A DNA stretch of 64,000 nt from Leptospiraceae bacterium (GTDB lineage Bacteria; Spirochaetota; Leptospiria; Leptospirales; Leptonemataceae): assembly GCA_040217195.1 (NCBI GenBank), contig JAVJNR010000004.1:672001-736000 (forward strand). Direction: 5' to 3'. Each line of letters starts with the position of its first letter. The first letter of the stretch is position 1. Under the pieces are notes generated by a model. That model searched no databases. It was not told where the DNA came from and was given only the letters and a program-made list of their open reading frames with translations. Shown here piece by piece: positions 19,342 through 27,892 of the stretch. A program made the position numbers and the translations under genes.

Positions 19342-19641
19342 CTACAACTGTAGAGTTTTACGACCCTCGGGCGAAATCCGCTGCGGAGTCCAGGGAGGAT
19401 CGAATACAAGAGATAGTATGACCTCATGGTCTGGCCATTCTGCTTGAACCGTTGCTTCCACTTCCTCCAGAATGAGCGGTCCCACAGGACAACCCGGCGA
19501 AGTCAGAGTCATCTCAATTTCAATATCCCTGTCATCTATTTTGATCTGATTTAGAAGACCCAGATCTACAATGTTCAGCCCCACTTCAGGATCCAGAACC
19601 TGCCGTAGCTTTTCTTCTATTGAACTCTCTTCGACATTCAT
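19342..19641 (-). CDS. DUF59/SufT-like metal-sulfur cluster assembly factor
   Basis: LRQVLDPEVGLNIVDLGL, TLTSPGCP and FDPPWTP motifs; ATG 19641 overlaps the upstream stop. Confidence 0.92.
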   Translation of the reverse strand: MNVEESSIEEKLRQVLDPEVGLNIVDLGLLNQIKIDDRDIEIEMTLTSPGCPVGPLILEEVEATVQAEWPDHEVILSLVFDPPWTPQRISPEGRKTLQL

Positions 19642-20894
19642 ACAGATCTCCTTCGCAAAACGAATAGTACCAGATGGATAAAATATGTGAAATAAAAACC
19701 AACTGTTAGAAGCAGTGCCAATACACCGGCAATCATTGCATCGCTCCAGAAAATACCCAGAACCAGGACAAGAACGGACAGTGGATAAATCCACAGGATC
19801 ACCGATGCAATCCAGGAAATACCTATATTCTGAGGCAATGGAACCTGCTTACCTCTCGCTCCGGATTGCAAAGCCATCCAGCTCATAAAAGGAAGAATCT
19901 TAAATCCCATACCCAGAGTTGCACTTCCAATGAATCCCAGAAGCATGACCATCACGGAGGCAAATGCAAAGCGATAGGGCTGTATCGTTGCAGTTAATGA
20001 GCCGGAATCGAATATACCGACTGCAAGAAATAGGGCCGCAATCAGAGGGAAGGCAAAGGATCCCAGAAAAAGAATCATTGGAGCCTCAAGTCTTCTTCGC
20101 ATTCTCTTGCGAACGCACTGAAACAGATAAACCAGGAAGCCACCATAACCAGCCAGGATCAGAGCGAATCCCAAAGCTGCGTTTGCAGCCCGGCCAGAGA
20201 TTGCACCTGGAAGTAGTAACAGAGGCGAAACCATCAAAAGAACCCCTGAGTATCTGGCCCATCGTTCGTTCATTCCATGACTCAAAATAAACATAGGCAC
20301 CAGACGAGTTCCCAGAGCCAGAATCATTAGAGAAAACCATCCCAGGATTCCGGTCCAGGCATGCCACTGGACGAAACGGAGCGCAGGCACATGGAAGTAG
20401 TAGCCGGAGGCCATGAGCATACCGGAAAGTGCCATTAGAAGTAGCCACACAGAGCCGATGAGCACCTGAATAGCAGAACTATTCCAGTGACCTTTTCCTG
20501 TGGTCCAGATTAGTTGAGCGATAAGACCCAGTATGGCCAGAAAAAGCAACCCTGCGAACCCGGGCATTAGTCCGGGCTCTATAAGTCGACTCAGTACAAA
20601 GCCAGTAGCTCCAATCCACCATAAAATCGATGTGATCCATGCAAGTAAACGGCTACCCAGCTTGCCTTCTACGACCACCGGAAGTAGCTGGTAGAGCACA
20701 CCCAGAATACAGGGACTGATGGTCAATAGAGTAAAGGTATGTAGAACGACTATGATTCCTGGCTGGTAGTAATGACCCTTAAAGTCATCCACAAAATATA
20801 CAATGCCCGATGAAGTGGCAATCCAGCCAATGAGACCCACGGCAAAGTTGCTTAAGAGCAAATCGTAATGATTCTCTTTTGCTTCCGGAATCAT
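19638..20894 (-). CDS. Polytopic membrane protein with intramembrane His (haem-copper-oxidase-subunit-I-like / NnrS-like fold suspected)
   Basis: About 12 TMs; HTFTL...GVLYQLLPV, HAWTGILGW...RLVPMF and GMGFKILPF repeats; ATGA overlap at 20891-20894. Confidence 0.65.
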   Translation of the reverse strand: MIPEAKENHYDLLLSNFAVGLIGWIATSSGIVYFVDDFKGHYYQPGIIVVLHTFTLLTISPCILGVLYQLLPVVVEGKLGSRLLAWITSILWWIGATGFVLSRLIEPGLMPGFAGLLFLAILGLIAQLIWTTGKGHWNSSAIQVLIGSVWLLLMALSGMLMASGYYFHVPALRFVQWHAWTGILGWFSLMILALGTRLVPMFILSHGMNERWARYSGVLLMVSPLLLLPGAISGRAANAALGFALILAGYGGFLVYLFQCVRKRMRRRLEAPMILFLGSFAFPLIAALFLAVGIFDSGSLTATIQPYRFAFASVMVMLLGFIGSATLGMGFKILPFMSWMALQSGARGKQVPLPQNIGISWIASVILWIYPLSVLVLVLGIFWSDAMIAGVLALLLTVGFYFTYFIHLVLFVLRRRSV

Positions 20895-21745
20895 GGCCGC
20901 CTGCCAATAAGAAGTCGAACATCTCCTGGTCCCTTGTGCGATATGCAATACTGATAGCCCTGTTCTGCCAGATGAGGAAATAGAAATCGGGGCTCTCTTT
21001 CATGATAGACGTACAGACACTGACTGCTTCGCATCTCCTGCAATTTAGAAAGGATCTTCATCATGGGCTCCGGAGGTGCAAGACCTACGACATTGATTCT
21101 TAGCACAACAGAACGAGCGGACTCAGAACGCCCCCTCACCAGAGCTGATGGCCGGGACTGGCTTTGATTGATGCCATCTTCTGAGATCGCTCTATTGGTT
21201 TTCTTCCCTCGGATAAATCGAGCTTCGAATCCATCCTCTGTTTCAACTATGGTTCCTTCCAGCCCCTTCTTTCTCAGCAAAGGCACCAATGGTTCCGGGG
21301 CAAAAGAATTCAATACGCAGAGTCCATCCCCCGGCTCCATTTGTGCTACCAGTTCCAGAATCTTTGACAGTGGCTCCTGGCCCTTTTCCATAAAGGGACG
21401 TGCATCCAGGTAGTGAATCCGCTCCGGCTCAATGCCTGCATATTGTTCCAGGAATGCCTCATTGTCTTGCTGTCCGGCGAAATCTGATTCCTGAATCTTC
21501 CGGGGCGATCTGCGAACGGAAAGCCCAACACTCTCCAGGGAGTCCAGAATGTCATCTGTACTAACGCCGCCAATTCTAGCTGCCATTGCTATGGTTACCT
21601 GCCCGGCCATGACCTTTCGAAGTACCGGGTTCCGTAATTTCTTGAATCGACCACTTACAGAAATTAAAGCATCAATCGCTCCAGGATGTGCGATAACGCT
21701 TGCAATCCTGGAATTTTCATCAACTGTGTCTCTAAGATCTTTCAT
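20891..21745 (-). CDS. DUF1858-like plus two DUF2249 domain protein
   Basis: FKKLRNPVLRKVMAGQVTI N-terminal domain; LDAR...EPLSKI...NSFAPEPL; LAPPEPMMKIL...HEREPRFLFPHL. Confidence 0.8.
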   Translation of the reverse strand: MKDLRDTVDENSRIASVIAHPGAIDALISVSGRFKKLRNPVLRKVMAGQVTIAMAARIGGVSTDDILDSLESVGLSVRRSPRKIQESDFAGQQDNEAFLEQYAGIEPERIHYLDARPFMEKGQEPLSKILELVAQMEPGDGLCVLNSFAPEPLVPLLRKKGLEGTIVETEDGFEARFIRGKKTNRAISEDGINQSQSRPSALVRGRSESARSVVLRINVVGLAPPEPMMKILSKLQEMRSSQCLYVYHEREPRFLFPHLAEQGYQYCISHKGPGDVRLLIGRRP

Positions 21746-21804
21746 TCGATACCTCTGTATAGAATTGCCCGGACGGATTCAGACCTTGCCATTGCAGAAG
21801 CGAT

Positions 21805-22074
21805 TCAGCTACAGCAGCCTCCTCCAAAGCCCAGTTGTCCGTCCCCCAGGCGAGTGATCTTCACCTGAAAAAACTGAGGACCTTCTTCCAGATACTCCCA
21901 TCCAAAAGCGTTGGGCAATTCAGCCTGCATTTGGTAATAAAGTGGTTTTGGATCGTGATCATTGTAGATTACAAACCATTCCCCGTTTTTCAGTTCATTG
22001 AACCGGCTGAAAATGGTTGGATGCTTTTCCCGAGGCTCCAGAACTGTAACGTCCAGAATATTTTGTTCGCTCAT
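21805..22074 (-). CDS. DUF2249 domain protein
   Basis: LDVTVLEPREKHPTIF...NDHDPKPLYYQ...WEYLEEGP; C-terminal GGGCCS. Confidence 0.9.
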   Translation of the reverse strand: MSEQNILDVTVLEPREKHPTIFSRFNELKNGEWFVIYNDHDPKPLYYQMQAELPNAFGWEYLEEGPQFFQVKITRLGDGQLGFGGGCCS

Positions 22075-22206
22075 TTTTATCTCCTTGATTGAATTGAATT
22101 ATAGTTTGACATTCATTGCTGGCAGTGGTCCAGAGTTCCGAACCCTTACTCCACCAGATATGCAGTTTCCAGAGTTTAGATTAGGCAGGATTCGCACGGT
22201 TCTGCC

Positions 22207-22220
22207 TTGATCCAGATCAA
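22207..22220. promoter_or_regulatory. FNR/DNR-type box, possibly bidirectional
   Basis: TTGATCCAGATCAA; plus-strand -10 TAAGCT at 22243 (29.5 bp) and minus-strand TAATCT at 22183 (30.5 bp). Confidence 0.85.
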
Positions 22221-22283
22221 TGCGAATACAAAGTAGAAGGACTAAGCTCAGACTCTTCCCGTGAAGCTCTGGAGTAGAGAATA

Positions 22284-22796
22284 ATGAAAGATGCAGAGCC
22301 GTCGAACTCAGGAAAGCCGCCCACCGGCCAATCCCTTCAAGAACTTGTGGAGAAACTCTGCGAAGAGCATACTCGATTCTTAAAGCAAACTCTGCCAGAA
22401 CTACAAGAGCTTGCTTTCGAGATTCAGAATCCACCGTTGGTCCGATTTCTGGAAAACCTGTCCGATGAATTGCACGTTCATTTTCGAATGGAAGAGAGGC
22501 TGGTCTTCCCATTGATTCTTTCGCGTCTGGATCATCCAGGTCAGGCCATTGAACCGGCCCTGAGGCTGGCCTGTGATCATATGCGTGAAGACCATCGGAC
22601 CCATATGAAACATCTGCAGGTACTCCAGGCATTTCGCCAGCAGTTGGACGAGTCCCGGTACGATGCGCATAGAAGTGCTCTGAATGATACCCTGGAAAAG
22701 TTTTGCCTGGAGATTGAAAATCACTGCGACCTGGAGAATAAGTGGCTTTTTCATTACTGGCCCATGCTGGAAGATGAAAGTACAACTCTTCAGTGA
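22284..22796 (+). CDS. Hemerythrin-domain di-iron protein (RIC/YtfE-like, lacking the N-terminal domain)
   Basis: EEH...LPEL, HFRMEERLVFP, MREDH and HCDLENKWLF ligand motifs. Confidence 0.85.
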   Translation: MKDAEPSNSGKPPTGQSLQELVEKLCEEHTRFLKQTLPELQELAFEIQNPPLVRFLENLSDELHVHFRMEERLVFPLILSRLDHPGQAIEPALRLACDHMREDHRTHMKHLQVLQAFRQQLDESRYDAHRSALNDTLEKFCLEIENHCDLENKWLFHYWPMLEDESTTLQ

Positions 22797-22872
22797 ACCT
22801 GGAAAATCTACAGCAGGGTCGCAGCGATTGAGGCATTACCTGAGACATTGCCTTTTTGCTTGACGGCCCCAT

Positions 22873-22895
22873 AAGATGCATATTAAATACATGTT
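22873..22895. promoter_or_regulatory. NsrR-type operator (11-1-11)
   Basis: AAGATGCATAT-T-AAATACATGTT closely matches the proteobacterial NsrR consensus; TTGACG at 22860 just upstream. Confidence 0.75.
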
Positions 22896-23066
22896 ATGAG
22901 GCCCGGCCAATCAATTTTTATAGATGATGCCAGGTTTATGGCAGGGCCCGGTAATTCTCCTGAGATGACTCTTCAGGCCTCAGCCCGGAAGATGCGGACC
23001 ACATTCGTTTCCGAGCTGTTGAGGTGTATGACCTGTCATGGAGGCCAGGAGCTCAGGAGGGCTGCA

Positions 23067-23510
23067 ATGCAACTAACTACATTTACCGATTATTCATTGA
23101 GAATACTGATTCATGCATCCTTGAAGAGTCCGGATTTATCTACCGTGGCCGAGGTGTCCCGGCAATTTTCCATTTCTAAGAATCATGTGATGCGGATAGT
23201 TCAATTTCTGGGCCAACATGGTTTTCTTCGTAACATAAGGGGAAAGTCTGGAGGGTTTACACTCGGGAAAAGGGCGGAAGAAATATCCCTGGGTGAGGTG
23301 GTAAGATGCACCGAACAGAACCTGACCATAGTTCCCTGCTTTGCAGACGAGGTTCAGGGCGAACGATGCACCATTGAACCATCCTGCCGACTGGCTGGAA
23401 TCCTGAAGGAAGCCTTATCTGCTTTCCTGACGGTTATGGATGGCTATACGGTTCAGGATTTATTGACCGAAAGCCGGGGATTGAGGCAGTTACTGGGGCT
23501 TAAAGGTTAA
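23067..23510 (+). CDS. nsrR: Rrf2 family NO-sensing repressor
   Basis: MQLTTFTDYSLR, ISKNHVMRIV, RGKSGG, three Cys (CF...C...C); RBS AGGAGG. Confidence 0.88.
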   Translation: MQLTTFTDYSLRILIHASLKSPDLSTVAEVSRQFSISKNHVMRIVQFLGQHGFLRNIRGKSGGFTLGKRAEEISLGEVVRCTEQNLTIVPCFADEVQGERCTIEPSCRLAGILKEALSAFLTVMDGYTVQDLLTESRGLRQLLGLKG

Positions 23511-23585
23511 ACAGGCAACCCGCTTCTGACTGGATCCGAATGACAGACAAGGACGTAGAAAATTGATAAAATCGAGGAACGAGAT

Positions 23586-24056
23586 ATGAAACCAGGACAA
23601 AGCAAAACAATTGAAAGCGCAATGTCAGTATTCGCATACGTTGCAATGAGCATCGCTCTGATATTGGCACCGGCCTGTGGTGATGGCCATGACTCCCATC
23701 AAAAAAATGAAATACATTCCCATGCAGATGATCAAAAGCATGATGAGTCTCCGGTACAATTGAACAATGGGAAGAGATGGCAGGCTGATTCGGCTACCAA
23801 TGAATCAATCAGGAAAATGCAACAGTTGGCTTCGCAAAGGCCAGGTAATCCGTCCGTTGCTGGCCAAGAGTTACAAAAACAATTCAAGGTCCTATTGAAA
23901 GAATGCACAATGCAGGGACCCGCCCATGAGCAACTGCATGCCTATCTGCGTCCTTTACAGAGTAAAATAAAATCGCTGGAAAACTGCACCGACTGCCAGT
24001 CCAAAATGGAGGATCTCAATTCCTATCTCCATACCTATTCGGACTACTTTCAATAG
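23586..24056 (+). CDS. His-rich lipoprotein, DnrO-like
   Basis: APAC lipobox, His-rich linker, LNNGKRWQAD and CTMQGPAHEQLHAYL. Confidence 0.6.
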   Translation: MKPGQSKTIESAMSVFAYVAMSIALILAPACGDGHDSHQKNEIHSHADDQKHDESPVQLNNGKRWQADSATNESIRKMQQLASQRPGNPSVAGQELQKQFKVLLKECTMQGPAHEQLHAYLRPLQSKIKSLENCTDCQSKMEDLNSYLHTYSDYFQ

Positions 24057-24401
24057 GAATGGAAACCGGAAGCGAATCCAGATTCAAGGTAGACTTTTAA
24101 AGCCTGTCATTTACTGAGCAACCCGGAACTGATCATGATGTTCTGGTTCAAAACCAATCTGAACCAGAACGTGGGAGCTTTCCTTTTCTCGAGCCAGGGA
24201 GAAATCGGCTCTTTACGTAAATCCATAAAAAACCGGCCGGGTATGAGCCCGGCCAAATCCCCTATTCTCAAGTTTCTTTGCAGGTAGCGACTGCCTGTTT
24301 CCTGGCAGAAGGACGATTCGAAATAACCGGTTTCGCCCTTTCTGTTAGTCTCAGGCATTGCTGATGTGGACTTTCTATACCACAGAACAGCCTCCCACTC
24401 C

Positions 24402-24415
24402 TTGACATTTATCAA
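24402..24415. promoter_or_regulatory. FNR/DNR-type box overlapping the stop codon of the norF-like gene
   Basis: TTGACATTTATCAA, identical to the 14406 box including the flanking CC. Confidence 0.5.
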
Positions 24416-24657
24416 CCCATGGAAAAAAACCATAGTGCTCCGCCGGCAAAAAAGGAAAATAGAATCAGAAGCCAGATTCCATAAATTGGATGCGCGCGTC
24501 TCACTTCCATGAATTCCAGAGCAACTAGAGCAAACTTCGCAGCACTTAAAGCCAGAATCAAGATTAGAGAACCGGTGCGATATTCTGCGAATAGATACAT
24601 CCCCAGGATTAGAAGCAGAAGTACAAATAGAACGATGGTATTCAATTTTCGTATCAT
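24412..24657 (-). CDS. Cytochrome oxidase subunit IV family / NorF-like small membrane protein
   Basis: Three TMs, KFALVALEFMEVRRAH; TAATG overlap with norE. Confidence 0.8.
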   Translation of the reverse strand: MIRKLNTIVLFVLLLLILGMYLFAEYRTGSLILILALSAAKFALVALEFMEVRRAHPIYGIWLLILFSFFAGGALWFFSMG

Positions 24658-25247
24658 TACATTCCTCCACGAGCCAGTATGTAAATTGAAGGAAAGACCA
24701 GTATCCAGATCAAATCGCACATGTGCCAGAATACACCGATGGTTTCCACATCTTCATGATCGGCGGCTGAGTATCGCATCTTGCGGATTCCCAGGGCCGC
24801 CACAATCAGAAGAAAGGTGCCCACCACTACATGCAGAAAATGAAAGCCCGTAATTAGCCAGTACATGGTAAAGAATGTATCGTAATTCAGACCATAGCCG
24901 CTATCAAGCTTCTGATAGTATTCGAATCCTTTCAGGGCTAGAAAACCTGCCCCTGTGAGCACCCCCAGCCAGATAAGCAGCGAAGAGCGATTCTTCTGGT
25001 CCAGCCTTAGATTTCGAATTCCTTCGGCAACACACCAGCCTCCCACAATGAGAAGACCTGTATTCACAGTGCCCAGAGTTAGATTCAATGTTTGGGCTGA
25101 TTCCATAAAGGAATTTGCATCGCCGTATCTATAGGCGAAAAATACAATCAGTGCCGGAATAAAAGTCAGCATTTCGATTGATAGGATCATCCAAATCAGG
25201 ATCCCTCCTGGTGGATAATAAATTCTTTCACTTTGTTCGTGTTCCAT
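24657..25247 (-). CDS. norE: NorE (cytochrome c oxidase subunit III-like)
   Basis: PPGGILIW..I..E, GTVNT, LITGFHFLHV and FWHMCDLIW motifs. Confidence 0.87.
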   Translation of the reverse strand: MEHEQSERIYYPPGGILIWMILSIEMLTFIPALIVFFAYRYGDANSFMESAQTLNLTLGTVNTGLLIVGGWCVAEGIRNLRLDQKNRSSLLIWLGVLTGAGFLALKGFEYYQKLDSGYGLNYDTFFTMYWLITGFHFLHVVVGTFLLIVAALGIRKMRYSAADHEDVETIGVFWHMCDLIWILVFPSIYILARGGM

Positions 25248-25373
25248 AGCATACTCACATCAGATCCGCCAGCTCCCTGGTTAGGCATAAGGGCTAATTG
25301 TTTCAGGTAACCAATGCCTGAACTGGAGGATTCTTCATTCACTATAATATAGGGAAAATATTATGGCCGGGCA

Positions 25374-25387
25374 TTGCTACAGATCAA
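25374..25387. promoter_or_regulatory. FNR/DNR-type box for norEF (one mismatch)
   Basis: TTGCTACAGATCAA; minus-strand -10 TATTAT at 29.5 bp. Confidence 0.72.
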
Positions 25388-25504
25388 GGAAGTTCCATTT
25401 TCAGAACGAAACGTTCCTGACCCATTTGTAAGTTCATCCGCTCTTTCATTCTAAGGTCTGGCAGGTAGCCGAATCAATGGTGTCGATACAGGAATGAATT
25501 ATTG

Positions 25505-25580
25505 AAGGGATCTATCATCAGAAAGTATCTATCATTAAGAGGGATCTATCATCAGGAAGGATCTATCATTAGGAAGGATC
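25505..25580. repeat. Degenerate 17-bp tandem repeat (about GAAGGATCTATCATYAG), 4 copies plus a partial
   Basis: ATCTATCAT core at 25510, 25527, 25544 and 25561; partial at 25578. Confidence 0.9.
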
Positions 25581-25587
25581 AAGGAGC

Positions 25588-26211
25588 TTACTGTTCATCC
25601 AGCAGACGAACGTAGCCATCATTTTCAGTGATCCTACCTTGCTTTTTAAGGGCCGTGAAAGCCCGACTGAAAGCTTCAGCAGATACTCCAAGATACAGAG
25701 CCACCTGGTTTTTGGGAATATTAAGATAGACTTCCTTTTCTGCAGCTCCCAGAGCCTCCAGAAAAAAAACCACCCGCTCCTCTGTTGTATGCAGCATTAG
25801 CAAAGTAGTTTTATTTTTAAAGAACTCTGCATTGGAGACAAAGTCTTCCTGAAAGCATTGCTTTAAATCAGGATGCTTTTGCATCAGGGAAAGGCATTCA
25901 TCTACCGGGATATAGATGACTGCACCGTCGCGAACCGCCTCGCACGATGCAGGATAAACAGGCATGGTCTTCAGCATGGGAAGAGCGGCAATAATGGAAC
26001 CAGGGAAAAAAAAGTTAAGGATGGCTTCCTTTCCAGCTTCATTCAATTGATAGATCTTAAAAATTCCCTTATCTATTACGTAAGGCCCCCGAAACCCATC
26101 TCCCTGCAAAAATACGGTTTCTCCGGCTTCCAGGGTAATTCTCCTGGAAACACTCCGCAGTTTATCGCGACAGGGTTCGGGCACTCTATTCCAGAATTCG
26201 CTCTCCGGCAC
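25588..26211 (-). CDS. Crp/Fnr family regulator, DNR-like
   Basis: cNMP-binding-like domain (VFLQGD...GKEAIL); HTH LGVSAEAFSRAF with ExxSR; no FNR N-terminal Cys cluster. Confidence 0.88.
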   Translation of the reverse strand: MPESEFWNRVPEPCRDKLRSVSRRITLEAGETVFLQGDGFRGPYVIDKGIFKIYQLNEAGKEAILNFFFPGSIIAALPMLKTMPVYPASCEAVRDGAVIYIPVDECLSLMQKHPDLKQCFQEDFVSNAEFFKNKTTLLMLHTTEERVVFFLEALGAAEKEVYLNIPKNQVALYLGVSAEAFSRAFTALKKQGRITENDGYVRLLDEQ

Positions 26212-26246
26212 AAGGGCACATTGAAAGGATCGCTGCTAACTTTCAA

Positions 26247-27884
26247 TCAATTGCCGGCAATTCTGCTGTAAAAACTTATTAGTAGCTCGGGCATATGACG
26301 GAGATTCAGGGCTGACTGAGTAAAAGAGCCAAATACATCCCTGGAGCGGTCAAAGGACAACAGATGTATGCCAATTCCCTCTGCCTCCGCTTCTTGAATG
26401 GCATGTCTTACATCTTCCTGACCATAACGACCTTCGTATCTATCATAGTCATTGGGATGCCCGTCGGTAAAAAGCACGATCCATCGATGTCTGCTTCTTC
26501 TTGGTTCCAGAATCGCTGTAGCATGACGCAGAGCCGGACCGATGCGAGTATATCCCCTGGGTTCCAGACCCATTAATCGGTTTCTGGAATTGGTCCAGCT
26601 TTCTTCGAACCCATGTAGCTTATTCACCTGGCAGTTATGCCTGGTTTTTGAAAAGAAGCTGTAGCAGGCAAAAGGAAGGTTAGCATCCGCAAGAGCTTCC
26701 CCGAATAGTAGCATGGCATCCCTTTCTGCATCCAGTACACGAATGCCATTTTTGTAAGAATCTGTGGAAAGACTATTATCCAGTAGCAGGAGCAAGTCCA
26801 CGTCTCGCATATTTCGACGTCGTTTTCTGTATAATCTCTCAGAAGGAGTATGGCCGATGGAGCGATCCACCAGATATTCCACGGCCGCATCCAGATCAAT
26901 ATCGTCCCCCTGCACCTGACGGGGTTCTGGAGAAAAACGATTCAAGATCCGATCCAGATCATGCTTTAGCTTAAGCAAGGTTCCGTGATTTTTCTTGAGA
27001 ATGACTTCTGCACCCTGTTGACTCTGATTGGGCTCAGATTCGGTGACACTGCAATGATCCCTGCGAAAGGTCTTTTTCTTGAAGTCCCATTCAGGATAGA
27101 GAAATGGTCCGCGGGTATCGCCCAGAATTTCTGATGCGAAACCCGCATGATCGGATTTCAAGTAACCTTCTGAGCTTTCTTCTGTGCGAATCACCTGATT
27201 AAACTGTAGCTCCTCCAGGGCCTCCGACATTTCTTCTATCTGGTCAGCACCATCCAGTTCTCTCCAGTTTCCGTTGAATTCTTCCAGGGTTTCAATCTTT
27301 TCAAAGCTATGATTCAGGGTATAATCCTCAATCTCCTTCTTGTTCTCTTTGACCTGGTCAACAGAGGAGTCCATATGAATGCTTTTTTCCGTCTGTCGCT
27401 TCCCAACCTTGATGGGATCGTCGTTTTCAAGATTCTCCGGCTTCAGAAAGGCGCTTGCCGGCAGTCGATTCCCGGAGATAAGCGATTCCAGTCCCAATTC
27501 TTCAAGACCGGAAAAACAGGTACGCTCTTTTTCTGTATGATTTCTAATTACGAATGGATCTGGAGGAAATAGCTCTAAGTGCAGGCAGGCCTGCAGTATA
27601 CGAACATTGTATAGATCCGACAGCAGCCAGTGCACTGAATGCGATCCGGATTTGCGAATCTTTCTTTGCAATACCTTGCTTTTACCGGCCATATAGGCCA
27701 GGGAAGGCAGCCGAATCTCCCCCTCTCGAAATCCACCTTCATCGCCAGACAGTGAAATCTGAATGGAATAACCGGCAAGCAAACAGCCCAGAAGTCGAAA
27801 TCGGTCCAGGTCTAGTTCTTCAATGGATGGAGTGCGACCGAATACTCTCCAGAGCTTCTGAAATATTTTTTGATCCAGTTCCAG
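26247..27884 (-). CDS. norD: NorD VWA-domain NO reductase activation protein (proposed CTG start at 27884; first TTG at 27782)
   Basis: YPEWD, GDDIDLDA, LLDNSLST (MIDAS), YTRIGPALRH and TDGHPND motifs. Confidence 0.9.
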   Translation of the reverse strand: MELDQKIFQKLWRVFGRTPSIEELDLDRFRLLGCLLAGYSIQISLSGDEGGFREGEIRLPSLAYMAGKSKVLQRKIRKSGSHSVHWLLSDLYNVRILQACLHLELFPPDPFVIRNHTEKERTCFSGLEELGLESLISGNRLPASAFLKPENLENDDPIKVGKRQTEKSIHMDSSVDQVKENKKEIEDYTLNHSFEKIETLEEFNGNWRELDGADQIEEMSEALEELQFNQVIRTEESSEGYLKSDHAGFASEILGDTRGPFLYPEWDFKKKTFRRDHCSVTESEPNQSQQGAEVILKKNHGTLLKLKHDLDRILNRFSPEPRQVQGDDIDLDAAVEYLVDRSIGHTPSERLYRKRRRNMRDVDLLLLLDNSLSTDSYKNGIRVLDAERDAMLLFGEALADANLPFACYSFFSKTRHNCQVNKLHGFEESWTNSRNRLMGLEPRGYTRIGPALRHATAILEPRRSRHRWIVLFTDGHPNDYDRYEGRYGQEDVRHAIQEAEAEGIGIHLLSFDRSRDVFGSFTQSALNLRHMPELLISFYSRIAGN

Positions 27885-27892
27885 AGTGTTTC

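Noticed and set aside
22099..22881. 260-aa minus-strand ORF starting in the NsrR box
   Set aside because: Antisense to the hemerythrin and runs across the FNR-type box; no protein-like motifs.
23563..23575. TTGATAAAATCGA as an FNR-type box
   Set aside because: The spacer is 3 bp rather than 4, and it abuts the RBS.
25505..25580. The 17-bp repeat (and the 9-bp repeat at 17119) as CRISPR arrays
   Set aside because: Units are too short, head-to-tail without unique spacers, and no cas genes are present.
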